Below, piece by piece: positions 36,411 to 50,200 of a DNA stretch of 64,000 nucleotides. Source of the stretch: Pecten maximus (taxonomy: Eukaryota). Below the pieces are notes generated by a model, which saw only the letters and a list, made by a program, of their open reading frames with translations, was not told the DNA's origin and ran no database searches. Position numbers and translations under genes: made by a program. The stretch's first letter is position 1, and every line of letters begins with the position of its first letter. The stretch lies in the NCBI RefSeq assembly GCF_902652985.1, contig NC_047028.1, positions 10,416,001-10,480,000 on the forward strand, given 5' to 3'.

Positions 36411-36573
36411 ATAATCATTCACCCCCATGGAAGTGAGACAGGGGAATCTCAACCCTCGGGATAAGATTATAAAGCTGCCAAACACTCGACAAGCCTCGTG
36501 TTTGGCAACTTAAGAATCCTCCCCTCGGGTTGAGATCCCCCTGTCTCACATCAAGGGAATGAAAGATTCTATT
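36411..36573. repeat. Long imperfect palindrome (MITE-like)
   Basis: GTGAGACAGGGGAATCTCAACCC..TGCCAAACAC pairs with GTGTTTGGCA..GGGTTGAGATCCCCCTGTCTCAC. Confidence 0.8.
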
Positions 36574-38939
36574 ATTCACACGAAAGAGGAAATGTAATAT
36601 CACACGAAAAATAAATTAAATTTACCAAAAGATGTTTTAGGTTAACGACGGTTACTATATTTCTATCATCCTCGTTCCAATGTCATTTTAATAGTTAATT
36701 GCAGCTTGTTCATATCATAACAAAATTCAGTCAATAATGATTTTGTTTTTAGAATCTACTTCCAATCAGACTGGTGAGTCTCAAGCGGTCATACAATGTT
36801 CAACGACTGAGCACCAGGGAACGCCACTCAATATTCAACCAACAGACAGAGACTGCAATGAACCCCTGTTGTAAAATATTTCTGTTGTGAAAAACGCAAA
36901 TTTTCATATTCATATGCTTTGGTGTAGTTTATATTGTGAATACAAGTAATGAGATATCCGTATTTAGTTCATGCACATATTTTACTTTGTTTTAGTTACG
37001 ATTTATTAAATACATATCCATGATTACCCTAGTATTTTTTTTTTTATTTTTCTCTTACACCATCTGAAATATGGTAATAAATCACATATATACTGGACAA
37101 AATAAGTTAAGGAACATGAAATATTATCATAATATGTTTTAAGATGTAAAGAATATGTTCCCCTTAAGTACACCCGTAGTTTCGCCTATGTATGCCCACG
37201 TTGGTTTCAGTGTTGTATGCACGTGCATCATGAGGGTATGCTATTCTGGTCTGGTGAACAGTGTTGGTGTCTAAAACGGACTGAACAACCACTACAGGTG
37301 AATGTGTTAAGTTATATATTCGTTGATCTTCTGTTGGTTGTTCGGTCACCATGACCCCTGTTCTTATTATACGTGGATTGGACAGAGATGTTTGTCGCCG
37401 AGGAAACGGAAACTGCATACAATTTTGAAACACCTGGAAATATATCAAATAAAATTATTTGTTTAGATTTAAGTTAAGATCATAGATTGCCTTCCACGTA
37501 TGCTGTTTTATTGAGATGTTTAACTGTTTTATAAATCTATAAGTCAATAACGCATGCATTTACCTCCTGTATCTTAAAATACATTTAACATACTGTAGTA
37601 GGTGATCAAAACATATCTGTTTGATAGAATTAGTCAACACCCGCAGCTTCTGGGCCACCTGCATTTATAGCTACTATAGGGATCACGCTGAAACATAATT
37701 GTAAAATGCAAAACACTGCGAGCATCCAGTCACCGGTAGTCATTAGAAATAGTATGAGGTGACTATGGTGGAATTTTTACTACATCAACCGATTATTTCC
37801 TCCGCACAATGGACCTGAAGTCAACAGAAAGAGTTGAAAATGATACCGTATGTTGATTGTTGAGCCAACTTACAACAGTTTAAATGATAACTTTTTAACC
37901 TAATGATGTACTTCTCTGTGGTTTTAATCAGGTTCAAAACTTGTTTTCTAAGGATTTAAAAAAAAATATGGTCAGTCTTAGCAAATATTAGTATAGACGT
38001 CTATTGTTTATAGAACTTGTTTCAATTGTAGCAAGCTCATTTCTGCTATACAACTTTGTAGTGTTCAATATAATGAAAACGATTTAAAACAATGTCGGAA
38101 ATTATATATTTGAGACATTTTTTGGTGTAACTTAAGCACTTTAAATGTCTGACCCCGAAATTGTCTAAAATTGCCTTATAATAAGGTAAAAAAGGGAAGC
38201 AAACAGACCTCCCAATTTAAGGATGGTTTGAAAGTTTTACTGTTTTCATTTGATATGCTCGATTTCTTAAACAGTTCAAGTTCAGGACTTTATATTAAGC
38301 GTTAATTCTTTAACAGTTAGTGAAAATGAGTTTTTTGCCATTAAAAGTTTCGGGGTAGAGGTAACATTAATTGTTAAATGAACAGGTTAGAAAATTAAAC
38401 CTCCATAATATAAACAAAAATACCATTTTTGTCAGTTCTGCAAGCGTCCATACATATCTGACAACACATATAGAAGGCATTGTATAAATTTGTCTTGTAA
38501 AAGGTTAAAATAGCAAAATTCACTTAAAATCACATGTCAAATGACAAATTAGTATCTTTGACCTGTCAAAGCAAAACATCAAAAACACGGGCACACGGGA
38601 AAAAGAGTTGCATATAGAGGTGTACATCCTTAACAACTATAGAATCATGTCAGTCGGCTTTCCCATTTCCATTTCCTTTTGTTGACATATTGTGTATAAT
38701 TTATATTTGTGCCCTCGTGCCCATGCTTCTTTTACCTGATTTTCAAGATGCTGTCGCCACAGTTCCAGTTAGGCTTAAATATAGACATTTTTAGTTGTCG
38801 ACCGATGACTACAACGGAAATTGAGATAATGGAAGCAGGTCCTTGAAATTCGAATGTTGCAGTCCGATTTTATATTATTTAACAACATATCAACACATTA
38901 CGAACTACATCCCCTTTGTAAGAGATGAATGCACGTGAT

Positions 38940-39265
38940 GAGTGTGTTTTTGGAGGTTGACGTTTGTTCGTGTTTGTCATTTTTATAGTGTCACTTTACT
39001 GAAACTGCAAAAGACTCTTAGTAGGACACCACATCAGGTCACATTTCACTGTAACGGAAATGGACTAGGCTTAATGCTGGTGGTCAGTGAGTATATCTAA
39101 AGACTGGTGGTCCCAGGTTCAAGTCCTGGTCTTCGTGCACTTTTCTTCTCCTGCTACTACTAAAAACGGAAGAACCACTCGTCTCACTCCCAAAATACTT
39201 AGCGCTAAGCAGTAGTAGTAACAACCAATTTAATATACTGGTTTGTCTCGGCTAGAGGACAGCCT
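38940..39265 (-). mobile_element. Decayed mollusc-type SINE interrupted by a short insert carrying a Pol III B-box (39050-39157)
   Basis: GGTCACATT...ACGGAAGAACCACTCGTCTCACTCC...AGCGCTAAGCAG resembles the reverse complement of common bivalve SINE cores (recalled from memory, not searched). The insert starts TGTAAC and contains GGTTCAAGTCC. Confidence 0.45.
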
Positions 39266-39764
39266 TACTGACAGGAATGAAATATCATCTGAAGACTACA
39301 AGTTAATCACTGTTTTTCAATTACTGACTATACTCGAAAAAAAAGGAAACTCATAATTGATTTATGCAATCAATAACTTATGATCGTTTGGAATGTACAA
39401 AATTGATATCAATATAAAGGAACAAGTCTACTCTTAATAATAGTATAAACAAAAAGTTTTCTAGTATGCCTCCCAAGCCCATCCAAATGATAAAGAATAA
39501 AATAGAAATAATTAAGAAATGTTGGAGCTACGTAAAGCTTATTATGTTAGGGCTCTTTGGAGACTATGCTAGAGGCTGGGTAACGTTTGCTGTTAGAAAA
39601 TCACGTCAAGTCGAACAACTACCTCCCTGTAAAATGAGGTTATGATGTCTAAGAAATGGAAGGGTATGTGGTTTGAGGATCCAGCCTCTATATCTGACGG
39701 CATTGATGTTTTTATGAAGAGCCACTAAGGGGAATTTCAGTCTATATTAATAGTATAGGAGATT

Positions 39765-40260
39765 ATTTAATCTTTCCTGTTGTATCTAAGATTTGAATAA
39801 TGAAATATTCTTAAATGAAATGAAAATGATAAGCATAATGATTTCATTTCCCTGTTGTTAATTTCCGATTTCTTGATAGTAACATCCCTGCTACTCCTTT
39901 CTCCTACCGACCGTTGAAAATATCCCGTTACCAATATCATGATTCCAGTTAAAGTTGCGGACTACATGTCAAAAAGCATACGATACAAGATTTCATGAAA
40001 TGCAGTTTGACGACGACATGTGCAAGGTTTATGGTCAGCATCATGACATCAGTGGTCAATATTATATGTCCTTGCTCAATATGAAGTCAAAAATGGTCAA
40101 TGCTGATCTGAGTCCTCATTTGGACTGCTAGGTTTCGCCGATGAAACAGTGACCGCTTTCCCCTTTGAATCACCTGGTTCTGTCCCCTTTGTTTTGAATG
40201 TATGTCTATGTAAATCTATATTTATCGTTTTCTAGCTAAAGTTACGGCTTTGTTTACCTA
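39765..40260 (+). mobile_element. Penelope-like retroelement relic (RT C-terminal region and 3' end)
   Basis: Frameshifted DKHNDF.FPVVNFP.LDSNIPA, resembling the conserved DKRDDFNFPIVNFPFL.SNIP motif. Confidence 0.55.
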
Positions 40261-41270
40261 TCAGTTTTCTCTGCTCCAGATTTCAACAAACATAGATCGA
40301 AACTTTATGTGAGTATTTGTGATTCTGAATTTTGTAAGTGCACTGCTGAAGTATGCATGTCACAATACACTTGTAAATGTGATTAAATGTAATTTGAATG
40401 TTAGAAGTACATAAAATGCTATATAGTTAAGTTTCCAGGCGCTAATCTTTCCAGTCAGACCTAGTTCGCGTGCCTTACTTTTCGTACAACCATGCTTTGT
40501 AAAAATATAAATATTCGCCAAGCAATTATTTTCCCATTATATCTAATTACCAGGAATATAGCGAAATTAAATTTTCCGCGAATATTTAAAATCATACAGT
40601 AGCTTGACGGAACAACCAGTCATGTAATTGTTTATAAGACTAATATTTCCTTACGTGTTGCTTACACTTACCACCACCCATCTCCCACCCCACCCCCTTG
40701 AAAGGAAGCCCGGGGGCCGGGAATAAAGCACATTGTATCCCACTGCATAAAACAATCGGGATCTAAGAGCTTGTTTTTCCTCCTCGCTGCTCTATCTTTC
40801 TGTGTGTCCTTTATAGGTGTCTTCTTACCACCCGTCCTTATATGACTTTGGCAGTGAGGATATTAAACCCCCAAAACCTAATTGTCAGCAACCTCTTAGT
40901 TAGACTTGGAAGCCTATCTGATCCTTTAAGTTCAGAATACAATGCAAATGACGCCTGTCTGTATATCAACAACTGGATAGTTGGTTTTCTGAAATGTAGG
41001 GTATATACGTATTTACATAAATACATGAGTATGTATGAGCGATGAATTAAGTCAATATTTTTATTATTTGGTAACAGGATGACCATCTACTTACATATAC
41101 ATCTTAATAACGATACAAAATGATATACACACTTTAATATAGGCAAACGCCCGATGTTCTATTCAACTGTTCAAACAATAAAAGATGTTGAAATAAAATA
41201 ATGATACACATCTTCAGCTGTTGTCATCGAGTTAATACTTAGTACAGTGCCCGACCTACCGGAGGCAAAG

Positions 41271-44200
41271 ATGGATGTCACCTTCGTTCCTATACCTGGT
41301 CTACACATCGCTGACTACGTCATTATAGCCATCTTCCTTTGTATCTGTATGGGCATAGGCGTTTACTATGGTTACCAGACCAACAAAAACCCTTCTCTGG
41401 AAAACTACTTCTTCGGTAACCGACGTCTTATGATAGCTCCGGTGACTCTGTCACTCTTTGTAACGTTTATATCTGCGATCGCGATAATGGGTATACCGGC
41501 TGACATATATAAGTACGGTATTCCAATTATCTTCGGTGGAGCAGCATATAGTTTGTCCATAATTATAGCCAGTCTTACTATAGTCCCTCTTCTGTATCCA
41601 CTCAAACTGACCAGCACATACGAGGTAAGAATTTTTATCTTATTTCTATAGCCATATAATTATATTTGCTTGTCATTAAACAATATGCGGTATAAACGTA
41701 TATCTGAATTCTGATATAAATGATATCAGTCAAAAACTAAGATATATTCTGTATCTCCCAAATTCTTTTTTGAGCTAAAGTACATGTACATAGGTTACTT
41801 CGATATTGAACGTGTAACAAAAAACGCTAGACAATAGGCCAAGGAAGAAGATGTTTACATTTTAAGTAAGGCTTGGTTACGATCTTTGGCCGCTTTCGAT
41901 TTAGATCTATAAAAAAGAAACTAACTCTAGTGATATTTGATATGTCTTATATTTATTTTTGAACCATGATATATATACTGTATATATATATTTATTTCGA
42001 TCTCCCCATCAAACAGTACCTGCAACTAAGGTTTGATTCTAAAGGCGTTCGCACAATGGGGACGGTGATTGGTATGCTTCACACGGTAATTTGTTTTATT
42101 ATTTTAGTAAGGCATTTTTAAGAGAGTAAGACACTATAATATAAAAATCACACACAGGCACATACCCCACACAAGTAAGCACACCCCAACTCCTACATAC
42201 AAACACGAATATTTTATCGGAATAAGATATATACAAACTATAAAAAGTGACATCAAAATAAGAAAATAAAACTTTTTTGATTTATGTTAAAATGAAGCAT
42301 CCACTTCCCAAATACATAAGAACTAACCAATCGCGCTGATTCTCTATTTACAGGTCTTCTATATGGGTATTGCACTATTTGCCCCAGCATTGGCGCTTCA
42401 AACTGGTAGGTAACTTCACTATCGTCATTCCGTAATAAAAGTTCATCTGAATAAAACAAAACCTATTGCTGGAATATGACAGAAAGAACGGAAAATCTCA
42501 ATATTCCAACTTTGAAAAATAATAAATCTCACTGGGATATTATATTAATACATTTGAACATTTATTACATAAGAGATAGCACAGGATGTGGTTGTTTTAT
42601 AAGGTATTTTTTCATTCCTGCTTGTTATTTTTCAAAAGTTGCAAAAACTCGAGCTTGAGTGAGTGCTTTTGTAACAACCACGAGTTTGTGTGACCTCTTT
42701 CTACCACAAAAAAAGGGATATTTTGAGGATGAATTGACCTGTTTTTGTGTCAAGGTGTTTTCTTTTCACAAATCAGTTTGGTAATAAGCATATGACCTAC
42801 AGTGAAATGCGCTAATTAGTAGGCAAAACTGACAATATAGAAAGGGTGTGAAATATTTCCATTTATTACAAATCATATAAAAGAATAAGCAAGTTTATTA
42901 TCTTCACAGCACCAAATAAAAAGAAATCTACAATTTCGTTCAAAATATATGACAAAAACAACTACTTCTTATACGTTATCCTATCCGGGACCTTGTGAAG
43001 CGGCCTTCTAGTGTTAGCCAATCAAAATGCATTGACCAACGTGATTAAAAAAGTCAAAGGGCTCCTTGTCAACCAATCAAAACGTATTTAGATTTAATTC
43101 CACGTGTGGTATAAACTAAATGTTATTCAACTGATTATTTCATGCCTCCTTAGGAGATTGAAAAACGTCCACCTACAATAATACCTAAAGACGTACATTA
43201 GATTGTATAAATCCATTTAGGTTATATCATTTTTCTATTGATTTATTATTATTATTATTATTGTTATTTTTTTGTTAAAAAAGAAACTAATTTGCATGGA
43301 TGAAAGGAAACAATAGTTGCTGCTGAAATGCATTATTTAGATTTCCGAAATGTAAGATGGCTTTTATATTAACCGTCTAAAATTAAATATGGCCATGACG
43401 ACTTTCTGTTGTAGTGGCTGGGATACCTCTGTGGCTTTCGATCGTTGTTATCGGACTTGTTTGTACCATATACACTGCAATCGTATGTATATGTTAATGA
43501 TATATCAACTAACTTTTACTTTACATGTTATTTATCATTTCCGTGCTGATTCAATCACCAATATCTATTTCACTCAACAGCAGACATAACAGTAACAAAC
43601 GATTTTGTTTTACTATAGTAAACTTAAAATGGGTAACCTTATATGGTTGTAAACTTTTATTTTACAACAATAGCAAATCGAAACCCATAGTAATCGTAGA
43701 CACATCTCGTTAATACTTTGAACACTCAATAACCGTTTTACTTAATATTTGTTAGGTAATCCGTGAAGAATGTCTTACATATGGAATTGTCTTGTGTTTC
43801 AGGGAGGAATTAGGAGCGTTGTGTGGACGGACGTATTTCAATGTCTGATCGTGTTCACAGGGATATTAGCTGTAATTATAAAGGTAATGTCAGTTCAACC
43901 GCAAGAGTAATACATATATACTGTAACTGTAATACATATATACTGTAACTGTAATACATATATACTGTAACTGTAATACATATATACTGCAACTGTAATA
44001 CATATATACTGTAACTGTAATACATATATACTGTAACTGTAATACATATATACTTATTTACTGTATATACTGTACCTGTTCAATGAGTAATATACACATT
44101 TCATACATTGACATTAACTAGCCAAGTTGTATATTTATTTTTTGCAATCTGCAGAATATCATCTTTTCTAAAACATATCAGTTCGATTTCCTTGTTTCAT

Positions 44201-47200
44201 TTTATCCCCATCTAGTGTGTAGATGATGTTTAATTATGTATGAGTTTAAGTAGAACATATACAGACAAAAGCAGTGAGACTACCTTATGATGGAATTCCT
44301 CATTTACCATCCACAGGGCAGAACTTTACTAGGAACACGTCAATCTATCACAGAGATCGCGACAGAGGGACACAGACTTGATTTCTTTGAGTATAAAGCA
44401 ATCCAATCATTACTTCAAAATAGTCATTTTTACGACTTAATAATTTTCTGTAAATGTAATATCAAAATAACGTAATAAACGTATAATTTCAATAATATTC
44501 GAAAAAGAGAAGACTTTTTCCTGTTATATCATTTTGCAATTATCAGCATTGCATAAACCAAATTTCTTCTTAGTTTCAAAAGTATTACATATTTTCTACA
44601 TACTATCTTTAGCATGATTAAGCATAGATGAAGCAAAACAGAAAAATGGAAATACTCTAAACGCTGTTCTATGTGTTGCCCGAATACAGCCACCAATCTG
44701 CCTGTTCATATCCGTCTGTTATGAAAAGAAAAATGTCAGATATTACAACATACTAGAATTAAAAAAAAAAATATTCATAACAAAGCACTATTTATCGGTT
44801 CAACTGCAAAGCTGTCAATCTACGGGTTTATAATTAGTCTCCTGTGTGGAGTACTTGGGTGACGATACACTTTTTTCCTGGCGAGGCCACATGAACAAAA
44901 TAGAGTTTTCTTTCTTTTTCTTTCCATTAAATGTGAGCAGTAAGCTGTGTGTAAGATTTGATCTAGTATATAGTCATACCTTTTAGTGCAATGTCTATGT
45001 GCGTTATTGAACTGATAAATTTGAATAGATTACGTTACCGTAGCCGTCCACTCATAACCTTAGCCACCTACTCGTAACCGTATAGCCGTCCACTCATAAC
45101 GTTAGTAAACTACTCGTAACCGTAGTCATTCACTAGTAATAGTTTATCCGAGGCTTTCGTCACAGCAAGACGTCGATTATTTTTTTTATTCAAAGCTTCA
45201 CATTAGCTGCATCAGGGGTTTGAACACGGGTACATGTAACTTCCTTTCTGTATGTTGTTTTCGGGGACAACTCTTACCGGAAAATTTTCTCTTGTCACAG
45301 CAGAAGGCTATGAATAGATAGATTGGTGGCTTGGACAAGGTACCTTATTTCACAGGGAAAAAACACAAGCATACCATATCAATTGGAATTTCAGTTTACA
45401 ACTTGACAATAGTTGAATTTCTAAATCAATGATAGCAATCCCTAATCAAAGGTCATATTCTGAATATGTGTTTTTTTATTTGTACAGCTTTGACCCAAGC
45501 CCAATGGTTCGCCATACTACCTGGGGTTTAACGATAGGAATGACGTTTGTTATGCTTCCAAACTGGTGTAATCAAGCAAGTGTCCAGAGATTTTCATCTC
45601 TCCGAAGTCTTAATTCAGCTTACAAGTGAGTGATTTACTATATTGACTTTACGTAGTATGATTGATAGGATAAAAGAAAAAAACAAATCTATACCCTTAT
45701 TGAACTACATCATAAATCAATCGTCAAGATCGGAGTGACGTTTGGTTTATCTACCTATTTCAACAGCCCAATTCAACAAGCGTGAACTTATTGTTTGCTA
45801 GAGTTATTCGAGTTTATAGTCTACCGAAATCTCGTAGAGCAACAGAATCCTCCTTTAGCAAACTCATTCCCTTCAATATTGTTTTACTGATGATACACAC
45901 AAAGCTTTGTAAATGATTATGCCACATTACATTCATTGGCTGGTAATTACATGTATGTAACGATTGTGGATATCGACACTATGCTGTGTATCAGTTAATG
46001 ACAGTTCCATCTATGTATATTAACAACAATCCAAACCCGGCACATACAATAATTGTATACATGCATCTTATTCACCGTGTTTGTTTGTTTTAGGGCGTTT
46101 TGTTTGTTGATACCCGTTATAGTGGTTTTCCATGTAATCATTGGATATTTAGGAATCCTTATTTACTCGTACTACAACACGTTGAGATGTGATCCTGTCA
46201 CAGGCGGATTCATATCCAACTTCAATCAGGTAACCTCCCTAAATCTCGTGGTCTAAAACAATGTTATCTCGAAGCTTTGTTTTTCCTCTCTTTTTTTGTG
46301 AATGCACCATACATCTACTAACAATGTCTAATAGCAACAGTTGTATGTATATGAAATCCAACGCAAAAATAGCATTTTTCAAGGCTTCGAGAAGGAGATA
46401 GCCAAAACATAGCATTGAATAGGATTAATAGCAATAATTAGCACAAGTGTTCATTTCTATCATAAATGTTTATGGAATATACATGAGTTTGAAAGCTATT
46501 TCACCAAGTGATTTTTCCATTAATGAAAAATGTTAATTGGGCCAGCTATGTAAACAATGACCTGTATTATGTTCTGTGAGATTATAGTATGACTCGTGTA
46601 GCTTCGTTTATATATAATTGTATATTGTATATTTACTTGAAGATAGTACCCTATTTCGTGCTGGATGTGTTGCGATCTCTCCCTGGACTTTCTGGTGTCT
46701 TCATCAGCTGTTTGTTTAGTGGAGCACTCAGGTAGATATTATTTGACGTCAAAGTTTACTTCTGTGCTAAAATTGTTTTTAGTTTCCGCATTTCGACATA
46801 TAAAATGTTGTGGTCTCCTCCTAGACCAAGTGGGTTTTCGCCATTGTGTCTCACATGTTTTCATTGTTATTTCAGGATTTATACAGTTGTTTACTGTATG
46901 TAGTATACCGGTATGTGAATCTAATAGATTTAAATCAAAATAAAGAATGTAGCGATTTGAATAGTTATTTGCCCCTCACAACTTTTAGATGATAAATTTT
47001 GGTTGAAATATCATTTAAAAATATGAAGGTTTATAGTTATAGAACAGACCACATTATTTTGTGATATATATGATAATGGACATTGTTTACTATCTCTAGA
47101 CTATGCAAGCGAATGCTCAATTCTTACATGAACTAACAATTGAATACAACACGAGAACGAAGCTGTTATCTTTACAGCTTGAAATAAATGAAAGGAATAC

Positions 47201-50200
47201 TAAGTATACATTTATTGACAAGAAATCTCTTCTCACCATACGACTGACTTGCGGGCTATCTTATCACCATTCCCATTGCAGTCATGTAAATGTCATACTT
47301 TATCATATTTATTTTGGTGTCTGGTTCATGCACGTCCCAATATTAGTTAATCAGGGATTAGAAACATCATTTGACCACATTTAGTGCATATCGCGTAACA
47401 TATGATGTTTTTGTCGAGGGTATTGGTCAAATATGTTTTAGTAAAATCTAAACACAGGTATCATTGTAATGTTAAAATGCTTTCTACTCATTAGTACTCT
47501 TTCCTCTGGCATCAACGCTTTATCAGCCAACACCGTTGAGGATATCCTTGGCGACTATGTAAAAAAGTCGAAACTTATATCACAAACGTTGGTAGCAAAA
47601 CTATTTGGTAAGTTGTGTATGGATGTAATCACCAATTATCGTGTTGATATCAAATTATATTTCAAATTTAACTTTGGTCAAATGAAAATATTCCGTAATG
47701 AATTCCATCTGGTCATTGCTGACTATTTATAGGCTGATCATTTCTCCTTTAAATATCAAAATTGAAGCAGTTGTAAGCATGTACTGAAATCAATGAAAAT
47801 CACTGTCAACGGCAAAACCACTTGTCGATTTCTTATTTTCCTAATAAATGATGTAATCGATCAAAGGATGACTACAGAGTCCTTGATATAACCAATGTTT
47901 AAATTAGTAATGACTTACCTAATCAGTGTATCCAATTTAAATATGTTTGTCCAGCTCTGATTACCTGAAGTAACTAGTATACATCCTGTTAGGTAATATC
48001 ATGAATGGCATACCTATGCGTTCCCCTTCATTCAGTATTGGTGGTTTTGTTTCGAAGATGCAAGGAAAACATATGCCGTGATTCTGAAAATTTTATTAAT
48101 TGTTATATTGCAGACTCTGTTATTCTTAACAAATACCTGGAAGTAATATGTCCATAGGTATTCATACCTTATGAAGTAAGAAATCAAGTTGAATCTTTTC
48201 TTTCTACTTATATGTTCCTACTGCAGTCATTACTTACGGACTGCTGGTTATTGGACTGGCGTACGGCATCAACTCAATGTCGGGTTCCATAATTCAGGTA
48301 ACTTGCTACAACCAACTAAACTTTTTTTTTTTTTTTTTTTTCTATCCAAAAAGCAATGCAAATGATTTGTATTTCGTGTATAATTTATAGTAGATGGAAA
48401 TACATGATAAATGTTCAAACAACTTAATTGACGTATAAGCTAAACAAGAAAGTGTCATATACAATAAGGTTTCTGCAATTTGTATCCAAAAATTCAACTA
48501 CTTGCTCAGTCAAAAATATAAGTTATATGATATATAAGGCGAGATGGCTCATTTTGGCTTGCTCCATTTCTTTCTCCGTCAGCCTTGCTTTTGTCAGAGG
48601 TTTCCGTCATAATTCAGGGTGTTCAGAATTCAGAGTTCTCAACATATAAGGAAATGTCAAATTGTTTGTTATGACGGAATATTTTAAATTATATGTGCTT
48701 TACGGTTAGCTTCACATACAATTGATTCCAAGTCTTTAAACAATTCCTGAAAAGCCTGCATTTTGTTTTAATTTAGATGGCGGGGGTCGTGTTTGGAGCG
48801 TGCGGCGGACCGTTATTGGGACTTTACTTCCTAGGGAGAATGATACCTAAAGCAAATTCGACGGTAAGTGACTGCCGTTCATCTTAGCTGTATGTGTAAT
48901 ATACGATATATGGAGGATATTCTGATTTTGCATTCTATAGCAAAATATACAGAGGCAACTCAATATCTCCCAGAATTCATTGTGGTCCCCTGTCAATGCC
49001 TCACAAATTTAAGCCAAATCGTGACGTTATATTATATTCTATTATGCATTATGACGTAATATAACATGACAGAGAGCTATATGCAAATCTGAATTTTCCC
49101 CATTGTCGTTTGAAAGCAGTGTTCTTATTAGACAAACAGAGAAAATGATATTTTCACTTTTGAAAAATATCTCAAAAAGTTTTATGTTTTACTAGTGAAA
49201 AATATCACTTTTCTGGAATGAATAATTTTCGATATTTCACTGGTAAAAATGTAATGAATGATTATATTTCCTGTCTGCTTATACAACTGATTCTGAGCTT
49301 GGCCTCAAAACATTTTGCGCATGCCTGCATATTAAATAAAAAACGAAATCGATGCGCCATGTATCGGTCGTTATATTGATAGCAGTATAGTTACAGTAAT
49401 AATCATCGTTATTCGAGCGGATGGTGGTTATATTGATAGCAGTATAGTTACAATAATAATCATCGTTATTCGAGCGGATGGTGGTTATATTGATAGCAGT
49501 ATAGTTATAATAATAATCATCGTTATTCGAGCGGATGGCGGTTATATTGATAGCAGTATAGTTACAATAATAATCATCGTTATTCGAGCGGATGGTGGTT
49601 ATATTGATAGCAGTATAGTTACAATAATAATCATCGTTATTCGAGCGGATGGTGGTTATATTGATAGTAGTATAGTTACAATAATAATCATCGTTATTCG
49701 AGCGGATGACGGTTATATTTATAGCAGTATAGTTACAATAATAATCATCGTTATTCGAGCGGATGGTGGTTATATTGATAGCAGTATAGTTACAATAATA
49801 ATCATCGTTATTCGAGCGGATGGCGGTTATATTGGTCACAAATCAACTTTTGTTCAACAAATTACGTTGTATTCCGGTAAAGAATCTAGCGTGTCTGTAA
49901 CGTCCTTGATATACTCCTTTCCTATTACATCCATGCCAATCTCAAATAACTTTATCTTACCACCAGTTACCTTAATGCATACCGTTATATATATAAGATT
50001 TTAACAATTTCGAATTACATAGTAAACAAGCTGTATATGTGTGTTGTGTTTCAGGGAGCCATCGTCGGCACCATGACGGCTCTCATCTTTAACATGTGGA
50101 TAGCTGTAGGGACCCAAATATACGGAAAACGACCTGTAACGTTACCGCCAAACCCAACGAATGGATGTCCCAGTAACTTCACGGAAACTATGGAGGACCA

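Noticed and set aside
39078-39135. tRNA gene
   Set aside because: A B-box is present but there is no intact cloverleaf or clear A-box; treated as repeat-derived.
41247-41270. GTG start extending paralog 2 by 8 aa
   Set aside because: The ATG at 41271 aligns with the paralog 1 start and gives the same 354-nt first exon.
49279-49839. 186-aa ORF with repeated NNDDYYCNYTAINIT, resembling a biomineralisation protein
   Set aside because: It coincides with a 57-bp intronic minisatellite, has a non-ATG start, and shows no signal peptide or splice support.
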